Shown here piece by piece: positions 10,140 through 20,172 of a stretch of 64,000 nt of DNA. Numbering within the stretch: the first letter of the stretch is position 1; each line of letters starts with the position of its first letter. The notes beneath the pieces were generated by a model. That model was not told the origin of the DNA, searched no databases, and was given only the letters and a program-made list of their open reading frames with translations. The stretch is from NCBI GenBank assembly GCA_965228735.1, contig OZ245838.1, positions 1,568,001 to 1,632,000 of the forward strand. Reading direction: 5' to 3'. Origin of the DNA: Planctomycetota bacterium. GTDB taxonomy: Bacteria; Planctomycetota; UBA1135; UBA2386. Both the position numbers and the translations under genes were made by a program.

Positions 10140-10207
10140 CCGGCGTACGGTACCCGGTTCGAACTGCCGGGCACCGGCGTACGGTACCTGGTTCGAACTG
10201 CCGGGCA
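10140..10207. repeat. 34-bp direct tandem repeat, 2 copies
   Basis: ccggcgtacggtacc(c/t)ggttcgaactgccgggca at 10140-10173 and 10174-10207, one mismatch. Confidence 0.9.
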
Positions 10208-10527
10208 CGGCGCTACTCGACACACCGGCGAACAGCAGATGCGCGCGCTCGGATCGCCCGCCGGCCAAGGTCACCGCCGTCCCCTTGCGTTCGACCATCT
10301 CGAAGCGCAACCGCTCCGGATCGTCGGCCGGGGCGAAGTGCTCGAACACTCGAGCACCCGAGACACCGCCAACCGAGATCGCAAACCCAGCCTTGCTCGC
10401 TGCGATGATCACCGACCCCGACCTGATCACCGCGGATCGCGGCACGACGAGCGTGGCGCCGCCATCGACGCCCGTTCGCGCACTGCGCCGCAGCAGGCCG
10501 CGGAACGGCCCCGGCCCGATCCGAGAT

Positions 10528-10640
10528 GGCGGTACCAAACCCGTTTCGAATCCGCCACCCGCCCGCCGCCGCAAGGCGGTGGCGGGGCGCCGATCGCGCG
10601 TGGGCGTGGGTGGCGGATTTGAAACGGGTTCGGTACCGCC
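10528..10640. repeat. REP/REPIN-like inverted-repeat element, copy 1 (unoccupied)
   Basis: 33-bp arms ggcggtaccaaacccgtttcgaatccgccaccc (10528-10560) and gggtggcggatttgaaacgggttcggtaccgcc (10608-10640), 2 mismatches; intergenic; the same arms recur at 35915. Confidence 0.88.
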
Positions 10641-10721
10641 GCTTCGGTATGCTCGCGCTGGAGAATGTCGGTCGCTGATTCTGGATCTGCTCGGTCTTTG
10701 CCTGGGCCGCACAACCCGCGG

Positions 10722-11384
10722 ATGCATCAGGGGGGCAAGCTGTCGTTTCGCGGTCGGCAGGGTGAGGCCGATGATCCGGGGAAGTTCCTCGTACTCGGGG
10801 GGGATGATCCGCCGAGCCTCTCCGACCTCGCGCCGAAAGGGCTTCCGGTCGAGATCGAGATCGGGCCGGGGAAGGGCGCGTTCGTGCTCGCCGCGGTCGA
10901 GCACAAGCCCGACACGTTCGTGCTCGGGATCGAGGCGGCGCCGGGCTACGCGAGCCTCGCGGCGACGCGGCTGAAGGCGAGCGGGCGTGACAACGGGCTG
11001 CTGCTCGTCGACAACGGCAAGCTGTTCCTGCAGGACCGCGTCGACGAAGGCGCGCTGCGGGCGCTGCACGTCTACTTCCCCGATCCGTGGCCCAAGCGCC
11101 GGCACCGCGGCCGCCGCTTCTTCACGCCCGACGTCACGGCGATCATCACGCGCGCGCTGCAGGACGACGGCTACTGCTACGTCGCGACCGACAACGCGTG
11201 TTACGCGGGGCAGATCGCGCGCGTGCTCGGCAGCTGCCCGGAGCTCGTGCGCGACCCCGACGAAGAGGACCGAGCCCGTGCGGCCGGCGCGGGCTACGCG
11301 TTCTCGCCGACCAACTTCGAACGCAAGTACATCGAAGAAGGCCGCGTGATCCGGCGCTACGCGTTCCGGCGCGTAGAGCGATAG
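10722..11384 (+). CDS. trmB: tRNA (guanine-N7)-methyltransferase
   Basis: IEIGPGKG, YFPDPWPKRRH, VATD and TNFERKY motifs; start approximate. Confidence 0.92.
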   Translation: MHQGGKLSFRGRQGEADDPGKFLVLGGDDPPSLSDLAPKGLPVEIEIGPGKGAFVLAAVEHKPDTFVLGIEAAPGYASLAATRLKASGRDNGLLLVDNGKLFLQDRVDEGALRALHVYFPDPWPKRRHRGRRFFTPDVTAIITRALQDDGYCYVATDNACYAGQIARVLGSCPELVRDPDEEDRARAAGAGYAFSPTNFERKYIEEGRVIRRYAFRRVER

Positions 11385-11399
11385 GGCGACGACACGATC

Positions 11400-11720
11400 A
11401 TGAGTGAGTGGCACGACGTCGGCAGCCCCGACGAGCTGAAGTTCGAGCCCGGCGCGGCGATCAAGATCGGCGATCGGCAGATCGCGGTGTTTCGCCACGA
11501 CGGCGGCTACCGCGCGCTCGACAACCCCTGCCCGCACGCGGGCGCGCCGCTGTCCGACGGCTCGGTCCTCGACGGCAAGGTCGTGTGCTTCCTGCACTGC
11601 TGGGAGTTCGACCTCGAAACCGGCAGGTGCGACGTCGGTGACGAGTGGAACGTGCAGACCTACGATGTGCGCGAGACGGACGGGCGGTTGCAGGTTCGCG
11701 TGCCCCAGAGCACCGACTGA
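11400..11720 (+). CDS. Rieske [2Fe-2S] ferredoxin (NirD-like small subunit family)
   Basis: CPHAGAPL...VVCFLHCWEFDL Rieske ligand motifs. Confidence 0.9.
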   Translation: MSEWHDVGSPDELKFEPGAAIKIGDRQIAVFRHDGGYRALDNPCPHAGAPLSDGSVLDGKVVCFLHCWEFDLETGRCDVGDEWNVQTYDVRETDGRLQVRVPQSTD

Positions 11721-11806
11721 CCGGGCAGGCGACTGAGAAAAACGCCGGCGGTTCGGTCGCGCGAGTCGTTAGCATCCTGCGCTGCAACCAGCCCCCTCAG
11801 GACCAC

Positions 11807-13357
11807 GTGACCGACGGCATCCAGAACGACCGACTCGAGAAGCTCGAAGCGCTGCGCGAAAGCGGGCGTGACCCCTTCCCCCCGCGCGTGGCCCGCGGCC
11901 AGCCCATCGCGAGCCTGCTCGAAGGATTCGACGATCGCCACGGCGAGAAGGCCGTCGTGTCCGGCCGCCTCGGCGTCGTGCGCGACTTCGGCAAGCTGCG
12001 CTTCGCGCACGTGAGCGATCGCACGGGTTCGATCCAGATCGGGTTCCAGCGCGATCGGTTGCCCGACTTCTGGCCGGACCGCAAGAAGATCGAGAGCAAC
12101 GACCTCGTGAGCATCCGCGGCGAGCTCGGCGTCACGAAGAAGGGTGAACCGACGCTCTGGGCCGACGACGTGACGCTCGCGGCCAAGGCACTGCGCGCAG
12201 CGCCCGAGAAGTGGCACGGCCTGCAGGATCAGGAGCAGCGCTACCGCGCGCGCTACGTCGACCTGTTTGCCAACCCCGACGTGCGGCGCGACTTCATGAC
12301 GCGCAGCAAGATCGTGCGCGAGGTCCGCGCCTACTTCGACTCGCTCGAGTACCTCGAGGTCGAGACGCCGATCCTGCAGCCGCTGTTCGGCGGCGCGGCC
12401 GCGCGCCCGTTCACGACACACCACAACGCGCTCGACATGCCGCTGTTCCTGCGCATCGCGCCGGAGCTCTACCTCAAGCGCCTCATCGTCGGCGGCATGG
12501 AGCGGGTCTACGAGATCGGTCGGGTCTTCCGCAACGAAGGCATCAGCACGCGCCACAATCCCGAGTTCACGATGCTCGAGAGCTACGAGGCGTGGGCCGA
12601 CTACCGCGACATCATGGCGCGGGTCGAGGGACTGTTCGCGCACCTGTGCGCGACCGTGCTCGGCGGCGAGTCGAAGGTCTCGTTCCGCGACGTCGAGTAC
12701 GACCTCGCGCCGCCGTTCGACAAGCAGGCCTACCTCGAGCTGTTCGAGGCGGCCAACCCCGGCGTCGACTGGTTCGAGCACGACCAGGTGCTCGCGCGAG
12801 CGCAGGAGCTCGACCTCAAGACCGACGGCATCGAGCCGGCCAAGCTCGCCAACGACGTGTTCGAGGCGACGGTCGAGGACAACCTCACGGGACCGGTGTT
12901 CGTCTACGACTACCCGGTCGCGATCAGTCCGCTCGCGAAGAAGAAGCCCGAGGACCCGCGGGTGACCGAACGGTTCGAGCTGTTCATCGCCGGCATGGAG
13001 CTCGGCAACGCGTTCAGCGAGCTCAACGACCCGATCGACCAGGAGGAGCGCTTCGAGGCGCAGGTCCACGATAAAGATGACGAGACGCCCGGCGAGGTCG
13101 ACATCGACTACGTCACCTCGCTGGAGTACGGCATGCCGCCGGCCGGCGGGCTCGGCATCGGCATCGACCGGCTCTGCATGCTGCTGACCGGCAGCGCGTC
13201 GATCCGCGACGTCGTGCTTTTCCCGCTGCTGCGCCGCATCGATCCCGCCGCGGCCGCCACTGCCGGCGACGACGCCGCGACTGCCGAGGCCGCGCCGGAT
13301 GGAGCGACCCCGAGTGCGACTGCACCTGATGAAACTGGGGGCGAGACCGCGCAGTGA
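11807..13357 (+). CDS. lysS: Lysine--tRNA ligase, class II
   Basis: EKWHGLQD..RYRARYVDL, GGAAARPFTTHHN, FRNEGISTRHNPEF and YGMPPAGGLGIGIDR; GTG start at 11807. Confidence 0.97.
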   Translation: MTDGIQNDRLEKLEALRESGRDPFPPRVARGQPIASLLEGFDDRHGEKAVVSGRLGVVRDFGKLRFAHVSDRTGSIQIGFQRDRLPDFWPDRKKIESNDLVSIRGELGVTKKGEPTLWADDVTLAAKALRAAPEKWHGLQDQEQRYRARYVDLFANPDVRRDFMTRSKIVREVRAYFDSLEYLEVETPILQPLFGGAAARPFTTHHNALDMPLFLRIAPELYLKRLIVGGMERVYEIGRVFRNEGISTRHNPEFTMLESYEAWADYRDIMARVEGLFAHLCATVLGGESKVSFRDVEYDLAPPFDKQAYLELFEAANPGVDWFEHDQVLARAQELDLKTDGIEPAKLANDVFEATVEDNLTGPVFVYDYPVAISPLAKKKPEDPRVTERFELFIAGMELGNAFSELNDPIDQEERFEAQVHDKDDETPGEVDIDYVTSLEYGMPPAGGLGIGIDRLCMLLTGSASIRDVVLFPLLRRIDPAAAATAGDDAATAEAAPDGATPSATAPDETGGETAQ

Positions 13358-14874
13358 TCGCCGTCCCGGCGTTCAGCCCGTTCGTCGCCCTGCGGTACCT
13401 GCTGCGCCGGCCGATCATGCTGATCGGCGTGTTCGGCGTGACGTTCGCGGTGTGGGCGCTGCTCGTCGTCGACGGCGTGTTCACCGGCTTCGTCACGGAG
13501 ATCCGGACCGACGTGCGCCGCAGCGCGCCGGACCTGCTCCTCACGGACCTCCCCCACGACACGAGTTACGAGCCGCTGCAGCTGGCGCTCGAAGCGGACG
13601 ACGCGGTCGTCACCACCGCGCCCCGGCTCCGCCACCACGGGCTCGTGCAGGCGCGCCACGTCGGCTCCCGCGCCGGGCAGAGTCAGCTGGAGCTGAACAC
13701 GGTCAACTTCGAGTCCATGACGATGGACAGCGGGTTCGCGATGCTGCTCGGCGTCGATCCCGCGCGCGAGATGCAGGTCTCCGACCTGGACGGCTGGCTG
13801 CAGCGCGGCGAAGAGGTGCTGCGCGCCCACAACATCTTCCAGGTCGAGAAGTCGCGCATCCTCGAGGAGGACGACCCCGACACGCTGTCGTACCTCAAGT
13901 TCCCGGACGAGGTCGAGTTCGAGATGCGCCGGCTGCTCGACATGCCGCGGCCAGAACGCGCCGAGGACCACGTGAGCCAGTGGCCGGGGCTCATCGCCGG
14001 CTGGCGGCGCATCGCGTCGCTCCGGGTCGTCGACGAGGGCTACCCCCTGCAGCTCGTGACGGCGCACTTCGGACCCGGCGCGAACGGTGAACCCGAGATC
14101 AAGACGCGCAAGAAGGACATGGCGTTCGCGGGCTACTTCGCCACGAGCCATCGCCTGTTCGATCAGAGCACGATCATCGTGCCGATCGAGACGCTGCGAA
14201 CGCTGCTCGGGCACGACATCGACGACGACAACGCGATCGCCATCGTGACCGACGTCGCGATCAAGCTCCAGCCCGGGCTCAGCCAGGCAGAGATCCGCGC
14301 CGCGCAGACGCGGCTGCAGGCCGCGGTCCAGGCCGAGCTGAACAAGGCGACGCCCGCATCCGACGCTCCGCCCTGCGCCGTGCTCGACTGGCAGGAGCAG
14401 AACACCGTGTTCCTGCGCGCCATTGCGCAAGAACACTCGATGATGCAGTTCGTGCTCTTCGTCGTGATGCTCGTCGCCGCGTTCGTGATCTACGCGACGC
14501 TGCACATGATGGTCACGCAGAAGTGGAAGGACATCGGCATCCTCGCCGCGGTCGGCGGCACGCCGCGCGGGATCGGCGCCGTGTTCGTCTTCTGCGGCCT
14601 GGTCGTCGGCGGCCTCGGCGCGCTGCTCGGTTCGATCTTCGGCTACCTGTCCGTGCGCTACCTCAACGACATCGACGCGTGGCTCTACGAGACCGCCGGC
14701 CTGTCGCTCTTCCCGCGTCATCTGTTCGACCTGCCGACCATTCCGGTGCACCTCGACGTCAGCTGGATCGTCCAGGTCGCGGTCGGCGCGATGGCGATGG
14801 CGCTCGTCGTCGCGATCCTGCCCGCGCGCAAGGCCGCGAACATGGAACCGGTCCAGGCGCTCTCCTACGAGTGA
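13354..14874 (+). CDS. Lipoprotein-releasing ABC transporter permease (LolC/E, FtsX family)
   Basis: ALRYL N-terminus, MMVTQKWKDIGILAAVG, PARKAANMEPVQALSYE; follows lysS. Confidence 0.9.
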   Translation: MIAVPAFSPFVALRYLLRRPIMLIGVFGVTFAVWALLVVDGVFTGFVTEIRTDVRRSAPDLLLTDLPHDTSYEPLQLALEADDAVVTTAPRLRHHGLVQARHVGSRAGQSQLELNTVNFESMTMDSGFAMLLGVDPAREMQVSDLDGWLQRGEEVLRAHNIFQVEKSRILEEDDPDTLSYLKFPDEVEFEMRRLLDMPRPERAEDHVSQWPGLIAGWRRIASLRVVDEGYPLQLVTAHFGPGANGEPEIKTRKKDMAFAGYFATSHRLFDQSTIIVPIETLRTLLGHDIDDDNAIAIVTDVAIKLQPGLSQAEIRAAQTRLQAAVQAELNKATPASDAPPCAVLDWQEQNTVFLRAIAQEHSMMQFVLFVVMLVAAFVIYATLHMMVTQKWKDIGILAAVGGTPRGIGAVFVFCGLVVGGLGALLGSIFGYLSVRYLNDIDAWLYETAGLSLFPRHLFDLPTIPVHLDVSWIVQVAVGAMAMALVVAILPARKAANMEPVQALSYE

Positions 14875-14893
14875 TGCAACGAAGGCTATCCGC

Positions 14894-15589
14894 ATGACCG
14901 CCCCCGTCCTCACCGCCCGCGCCGTCCACAAGACCTACCGCATGGGCCGCCGCGACATCGAAGTGCTGCGCGGCGTCGACCTCGAGGTCCAGCGCGGCGA
15001 GATCACCGCGCTGCTCGGCGCGTCCGGCGCCGGCAAGTCGACCCTGCTGCACGTGCTCGGTCTGCTCGATCCGCCGACCACGGGCGAAGTGCTCTACGAC
15101 GGCCGTCCGGTGCACGGGCTGTCGATCCGCGAACGCGCCAGGCTACGGCACGATCACACGGGCTTCGTCTTCCAGTTCTATCACCTCATCCCCGAGCTCA
15201 CGGCGCTGCAGAACGTGCTGCTCGCGCGCATGATGACCGACTCGGTCACGCGCTACTGGGGTCGCCGCAAGGACGCCAAGAAGGCCGCCGTCTCGCTGCT
15301 CGAACGGGTCGGCCTCGGCGACCGCCTCAAGCACCGCCCCACCGAACTGTCGGGCGGCGAACGCCAGCGCGTCGCGATCGCGCGCGCGCTGCTGGCCGAG
15401 CCGCGCGTGATCCTCGCGGACGAGCCGACCGGCAACCTCGACTCGGGCACGGCGAGCGAGGTCCTCGAGCTCATGTTCGAGCTGCAACGCGAGCGCGGAG
15501 TCGCGTTCGTCCTCGTCACCCACGACGAGCAGCTCGCGGGCCGCGCCAACCGCATCGTGCGACTCAAGGACGGCGTCGTCGTCGGCTGA
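14894..15589 (+). CDS. lolD: Lipoprotein-releasing ABC transporter ATP-binding protein
   Basis: GASGAGKST, FVFQFYHL, LSGGERQRVAIARAL, ADEPTGNLD; lies between two LolC/E genes. Confidence 0.9.
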   Translation: MTAPVLTARAVHKTYRMGRRDIEVLRGVDLEVQRGEITALLGASGAGKSTLLHVLGLLDPPTTGEVLYDGRPVHGLSIRERARLRHDHTGFVFQFYHLIPELTALQNVLLARMMTDSVTRYWGRRKDAKKAAVSLLERVGLGDRLKHRPTELSGGERQRVAIARALLAEPRVILADEPTGNLDSGTASEVLELMFELQRERGVAFVLVTHDEQLAGRANRIVRLKDGVVVG

Positions 15590-15592
15590 ACG

Positions 15593-16984
15593 ATGTACCG
15601 GCTCTACCTCGCGCTTCGGTATCTGGTCACGCGGCCGATCAACCTGCTCGGCATGCTCGGCATCACGCTGAGCGTGTGGGCGCTCGTCGTCGTCGTGTCG
15701 CTGTTCTCGGGGTTCATGGTCGTGATCGAGGAGCACGTCCAGGACGCGAGCGCCGACATCTCGGTCACCGAACTGCCCGCGTGGGCCGATCACGAGAAGG
15801 TGACGGCGACGCTGCGCGACGATCCCAACGTCGCGGCGACCGCGCCGCGCATCGTCCACTTCGGTCTGCTGCACCAACCCGGCCAGCGGCCGCCGCCGCC
15901 GCCGCTCCCCGGCCGCGGCGCGCTGCACGGCGGCGACCAGCCGTTCTTGTTCGTCTACGGCGTCGATGACGCGGCCGAACGCGAGGTGTCAGCGTTCGCC
16001 GACTGGCTGCAGTCGCCCGAGATCCCAGCACGCATGCGAGTCCGCGACCCGGCCGCGCCGTTCCGCACCAGCCCGTCCAGTCTCGGGACGAGCGGCCGCA
16101 CCGGCGTGCTCATCGGGCTCGATCGGATGACCCGCGAAGGCCTCGCGATCGGCGACCGCGTCGACCTCACGACGGGCCGCCAGCTCACGCAGGACGGGCA
16201 GGGCACGTTCGTACCGTTCACGATCGAGCTCGAGGTCTGCGGCGCGTTCAAGACCCGGCACGGCGGTTTCGACGGCAACATCGTCTTCGTCGATCTCGAC
16301 ATCCTGGCCTCCGAGCTCGCGCCGCCGACCGACCCGGAGGCGGTGCCCGAGACTCCGGCACAGCGCCGGTCCATCCAGGAGATCGCGGTCCGGGTCCGCG
16401 ACGACGGACAACTCACGGAGACGGCGCGGCGCCTGCAGGACGCGGTCCTGCGCACACTCGATCCCGGCACGGCCTTCGGCTACGGCCGCGTGCTCACGTG
16501 GCGCCAGCGCAACGCCGAGTTCCTCGGGTCGATCGAACACCAGCGCGGCCTGCTCAAGATCGTGCTGTTCGTCATCCTTGTCGTCGCCGCGTTCCTCATG
16601 CTCGCGACGTTGTCGATGATGGTCACGGAGAAGACCGGCGACATCGGCATTCTCACCGCCATGGGTGGCACGCCGGGTGGCGTCACGCTCACGTTCTTGT
16701 TGTGTGGACTCACGGTCACGGCGCTCGGTGTGCTGCTCGGCATCGGCACCGGGGTGGTAACGTCGGTCTACCTCGAGGAGATCCGTCAGTTCCTCATCTG
16801 GGCAACCGGCGTCGACCTGTTCCCGCTCGACGTCTACAACCTCGATCGCGTCCCGTGTGACATCGACACCGCGTGGCTGCTGCAGGTCGCGGGCATGGCG
16901 TTCGCCACGGGCGTGCTCGCATCGGCGCTGCCCGCGTGGCGCGCGGCGCGGCACGATCCGCTCGTGTCGCTGCGCGGCGTCTGA
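15593..16984 (+). CDS. Lipoprotein-releasing ABC transporter permease (LolC/E, FtsX family)
   Basis: LALRYL, MMVTEKTGDIGILTAMG, PAWRAARHDPLVSLR. Confidence 0.9.
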   Translation: MYRLYLALRYLVTRPINLLGMLGITLSVWALVVVVSLFSGFMVVIEEHVQDASADISVTELPAWADHEKVTATLRDDPNVAATAPRIVHFGLLHQPGQRPPPPPLPGRGALHGGDQPFLFVYGVDDAAEREVSAFADWLQSPEIPARMRVRDPAAPFRTSPSSLGTSGRTGVLIGLDRMTREGLAIGDRVDLTTGRQLTQDGQGTFVPFTIELEVCGAFKTRHGGFDGNIVFVDLDILASELAPPTDPEAVPETPAQRRSIQEIAVRVRDDGQLTETARRLQDAVLRTLDPGTAFGYGRVLTWRQRNAEFLGSIEHQRGLLKIVLFVILVVAAFLMLATLSMMVTEKTGDIGILTAMGGTPGGVTLTFLLCGLTVTALGVLLGIGTGVVTSVYLEEIRQFLIWATGVDLFPLDVYNLDRVPCDIDTAWLLQVAGMAFATGVLASALPAWRAARHDPLVSLRGV

Positions 16985-16999
16985 ACCGCGTCTGCCAGG

Positions 17000-17635
17000 A
17001 TGCACGATCCGGCGCTCGCGCCGGCGACCGTACCCGCTACGATGACGCAGATGCCGCGCCCCTCGCGAGGCCCGTCCGATGAGTTCCGACCCCGCGCCCA
17101 CCTCGTCGCGGTGCTCGCGGGTTGCGCGCTGCTCATGCCGGCGCTGACGACGGGCTGCAGCACGTCGCCCGAGCATCCCGGCCTGTCGCCAATGGACAAG
17201 GTCGCCCGCCTGTTCGCCATCGACTTCGGCTCGCGCGCCGCGGCACGGCGCGAACGCGGGCTGCGGCGCGTGTTCGACATCCCGTCCGCCGAGCTCGCCC
17301 GCCTGCCTGCGATGCGCGCTCTCGCCGAGGCCGCCCCGCCCAGAGTCGTCGCGCGCATCGATCGCCTGCCCCCGGCCATCCGCAGCGCCGCGCTCGCGGA
17401 AGCCGAACGCAGCCTCGCGCTCACGAGCCCGAGCCCGCTCGTCATCGAGCAACTGCCGACGCCGTCGTCGATCGCCGCGAGTACGGCCCGCGACCTCGAA
17501 CGCCTCGGCTACCTGCTCGGACTCGAGCGCCGCCCGCTCCCCGAGATCGACGACCGCCGCCACCGCGTCGATCCGCGCGACGACCACCCCGAGAAGACGC
17601 TCTGGGAACGGCTCGCGCGCCGGATCTTTCCGTAG
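17000..17635 (+). CDS. Hypothetical lipoprotein
   Basis: Hydrophobic stretch ending in lipobox-like LTTGC; directly follows the lol genes; start uncertain. Confidence 0.55.
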   Translation: MHDPALAPATVPATMTQMPRPSRGPSDEFRPRAHLVAVLAGCALLMPALTTGCSTSPEHPGLSPMDKVARLFAIDFGSRAAARRERGLRRVFDIPSAELARLPAMRALAEAAPPRVVARIDRLPPAIRSAALAEAERSLALTSPSPLVIEQLPTPSSIAASTARDLERLGYLLGLERRPLPEIDDRRHRVDPRDDHPEKTLWERLARRIFP

Positions 17636-17760
17636 TCCCGGCGAGCTCGCGTGTCACGATTGCGTCTGCGCTCGCCGTCGCGGCGCCGGGGCCGTAGAAC
17701 CCCGGGCGCCGGATCCGTCGGCGCCGCCGGCCCCCCGCCGCACTCCTGACCACGACCCCG

Positions 17761-19425
17761 ATGCAACGCTTCCTCCCGTTCACCGCTTCCCTGCTCGTCG
17801 CCGGCTCCATCGTGACCGGCCTCGCCGCCCAGGAATCCCCATTCACGGCACCGCACGCGCTCCCCGAGGATCGGCAGACGGGCGGCCGCTCCGTCACGGT
17901 CGAGCAGTGCAAGGAGTGGCTCTACACGCTCGCGTCGCCCGAGTACGAAGGGCGGCAGACCGGCCACCCCGGGTTCGAGAAGGCGGCCGAGTACGTGTCC
18001 GCGCACTTCCGTGATCTCGGCCTCGTCGCGCTGTCGGACGACGGCAGCTACTACCAGCACGTGCCGTGGTCCCGCAGCGACGTCGACGAGAAGAAGACCT
18101 ACGTGTCGTTCGTCAGCGGCACGGACGAGATCCTGCGCATCCCGGCCGACCGGCTCAGCGGCTCGGTCACGGCACCGCTGTCCGCGAGCGGTGAGGTCGT
18201 CTTGCTCGTGCTCACTCCCGAGGCCCAGCCCGCGGACGAACAGGGTGGTCGCCAGCGCCGCTTCCGGATGCCGAAGATCGACGGGCTCGACGAGCTCGAC
18301 CTCACGGACAAGGTCGTCGTCGCGTACATCCGCAACACGGGCGACCGGGGCGCACAGGCGATGATGTCGTTCGCTCTGCGGCGCGCGATGTCGGGCAAGG
18401 ACGCGGCCGCGGTGCTCTACGCCACGGCCGACGCCCCGGCGACCTCGCTGCGGGGAGCGTCGAGCAGCCGCCGCACGACCAATCCAGCTGCGGCCGGCCG
18501 GCGCCGGCGCCCGACGACGGCCACGTTCGGCGGCGAGGACTTCGAGCGCATGCTCGACGCCGACGACCTCGACCTCGCGCAGCTCGACGGCAGCGTGCTC
18601 GCGCCGCCGATGACGCTGAAGGCCGAGGTCGAGATCCACACCAAGGAGGCGCAGGCCCCCGCGATGAACGTCTTCGGCGTGCTGCCGGGCAGCGATCCGG
18701 AGCTGCGCGACGAGTACGTCGTGATCGGCAGCCACCTCGACCACGTCGGCATGCGCGGCGGTCTGCACCCGGGCGCGGACGACGACGCGTCGGGCACCAC
18801 GGGCGTGATGGCCGTGGCCCAGATGTTCGTGAAGAACGAGATCAAGCCGCGCCGCAGCATCCTGTTCGTGTGCTTCGCAGGCGAGGAGGACGGTCTCGTC
18901 GGCTCACGGTTCTTCGCGAACAACCCGCCGATCCCGCTCGAGTCGATCGCTGCCGAGCTGCAGATGGACATGATCGGCCGCGACGAGGAGGCCAACCGCG
19001 AGAGCCGAACGCCCGAAGAACGCAGCGAGAAGGCCGAGGACAATCGCGACAGCCTGCACCTCATCGGCACGCAGAAGCTCGCGCCCGCGCTGCACGCGCT
19101 CTGCCTGCAGAAGAACGAGTCCGCGGGCTTTGCGATCGAGTACGACCAGGAGGGCATGTTCGGCCGCAGCGACCACGCCAACTTCGCGCGCAAGGGCGTG
19201 CCGATCGCGTTCTTCTTCACGGGCCTGCACGCCGACTACCACGAGACGACGGACACCCCGGACAAGATCCACTTCGAGAAGCTGCTCCGCGTCGCGTCCT
19301 ACGTCTACGACATCGCGTTCGACCTCGCGCAGAGCGACACGCGCCCGCTGATCGACCCGGAGCTGTGGCAGAACATGCGCAACCGCGGCAGCAAGGACCC
19401 GGCCGCGCCGCTCATGGACAAGTAG
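17761..19425 (+). CDS. Secreted M28 family peptidase with PA-like insert
   Basis: Signal peptide; GSHLDH, GADDDASG, GEEDGLVGS, RSDHANF and YHETTD. Confidence 0.93.
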   Translation: MQRFLPFTASLLVAGSIVTGLAAQESPFTAPHALPEDRQTGGRSVTVEQCKEWLYTLASPEYEGRQTGHPGFEKAAEYVSAHFRDLGLVALSDDGSYYQHVPWSRSDVDEKKTYVSFVSGTDEILRIPADRLSGSVTAPLSASGEVVLLVLTPEAQPADEQGGRQRRFRMPKIDGLDELDLTDKVVVAYIRNTGDRGAQAMMSFALRRAMSGKDAAAVLYATADAPATSLRGASSSRRTTNPAAAGRRRRPTTATFGGEDFERMLDADDLDLAQLDGSVLAPPMTLKAEVEIHTKEAQAPAMNVFGVLPGSDPELRDEYVVIGSHLDHVGMRGGLHPGADDDASGTTGVMAVAQMFVKNEIKPRRSILFVCFAGEEDGLVGSRFFANNPPIPLESIAAELQMDMIGRDEEANRESRTPEERSEKAEDNRDSLHLIGTQKLAPALHALCLQKNESAGFAIEYDQEGMFGRSDHANFARKGVPIAFFFTGLHADYHETTDTPDKIHFEKLLRVASYVYDIAFDLAQSDTRPLIDPELWQNMRNRGSKDPAAPLMDK

Positions 19426-19440
19426 CGCCCCGACTGCGGG

Positions 19441-20172
19441 TCAGACGAGCCGCTGCTGGTCGGGATCGCGCAGGGCGAGCGGCGGGCCGAGGATCTCGGC
19501 GCCGAGGATCACGCGCTTGATGTCCTGCAGGTCGACGAGGCGGTCGACGCCGGCCGGAACGGGGCCGCTGCCCGCGAGCGGCATCACGGGCTCGCGCTCC
19601 ATGTGACGGCCGCCGAGCGAACCCCAGGCGCGGTCGTGTTTGCCGACCCGACCCTGATACGCGCTCGAGCGCGAGCTGATCGACTCGCCGACGTGTGGGT
19701 CGATGCGGGTCCCGAACATCCGGGTTGCAGCCTCTGGCGAGATCGGCTGCGGCCCGGACTTCGGTTGCGGTACGGGCGGCGGCTCGGCCCGTCGCGTCTG
19801 CGATACCGGCTGGGGCTGCGGCTGCGATCGCGCCCTGGGCGGCGCAGTGTCCGCGACCGGGTCGAGCCCGAGCAGCCGGCGCATCTCGGCCGCCACGTCG
19901 TCGGGACTCCGCGACTGGGTCGAGGTGCGCGGTGTCGGACTGGCTTGCATCGACGGTCGCGGTTCGGACCGCTGCACTGGGTCCGGTCCTCGAGTCGCCA
20001 TCGTCGACGCGGAGCCCGACGTCGACTGCGTGCCCCGCTGCTCCGCACGCTCACGCCGCCGCCGCGCGTCGGCGCGCGACTTGACCACGTTCCCGATTCC
20101 GCCGAGCACCCAGGCCGCGACGATGAACAGGACGATCGGGTTATTGGTGACGAACTCCCAGAGGCCGCGCAT
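19441..20172 (-). CDS. Membrane-anchored protein downstream of floA (YqfB-like position)
   Basis: N-terminal TM helix, Pro/Gln-rich disordered middle, C-terminal KRVILGAEILGPPLALR typical of floA-downstream genes. Confidence 0.75.
   Translation of the reverse strand: MRGLWEFVTNNPIVLFIVAAWVLGGIGNVVKSRADARRRRERAEQRGTQSTSGSASTMATRGPDPVQRSEPRPSMQASPTPRTSTQSRSPDDVAAEMRRLLGLDPVADTAPPRARSQPQPQPVSQTRRAEPPPVPQPKSGPQPISPEAATRMFGTRIDPHVGESISSRSSAYQGRVGKHDRAWGSLGGRHMEREPVMPLAGSGPVPAGVDRLVDLQDIKRVILGAEILGPPLALRDPDQQRLV

Noticed and set aside
10210..10480. Coding-looking minus-strand stretch (RVFEHFAPADDPERLRFEMVERKG) in frame with the hydrolase
   Set aside because: No clear start, RBS or motif; it may be a gene remnant between repeats but cannot be supported.
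7581..10622. 1013-aa plus-strand ORF, and the 943-aa extension of 8766-11597
   Set aside because: Antisense to fpg, the hydrolase and trmB; the real hydrolase begins at its signal peptide (10097).
10528..10640. Inverted repeats as integron attC sites
   Set aside because: The ends do not fit RYYYAAC/GTTRRRY, there is no cassette array, and no integrase is present.
11660..13069. Long minus-strand ORFs opposite lysS and the lol genes
   Set aside because: Antisense shadows of well-supported genes.
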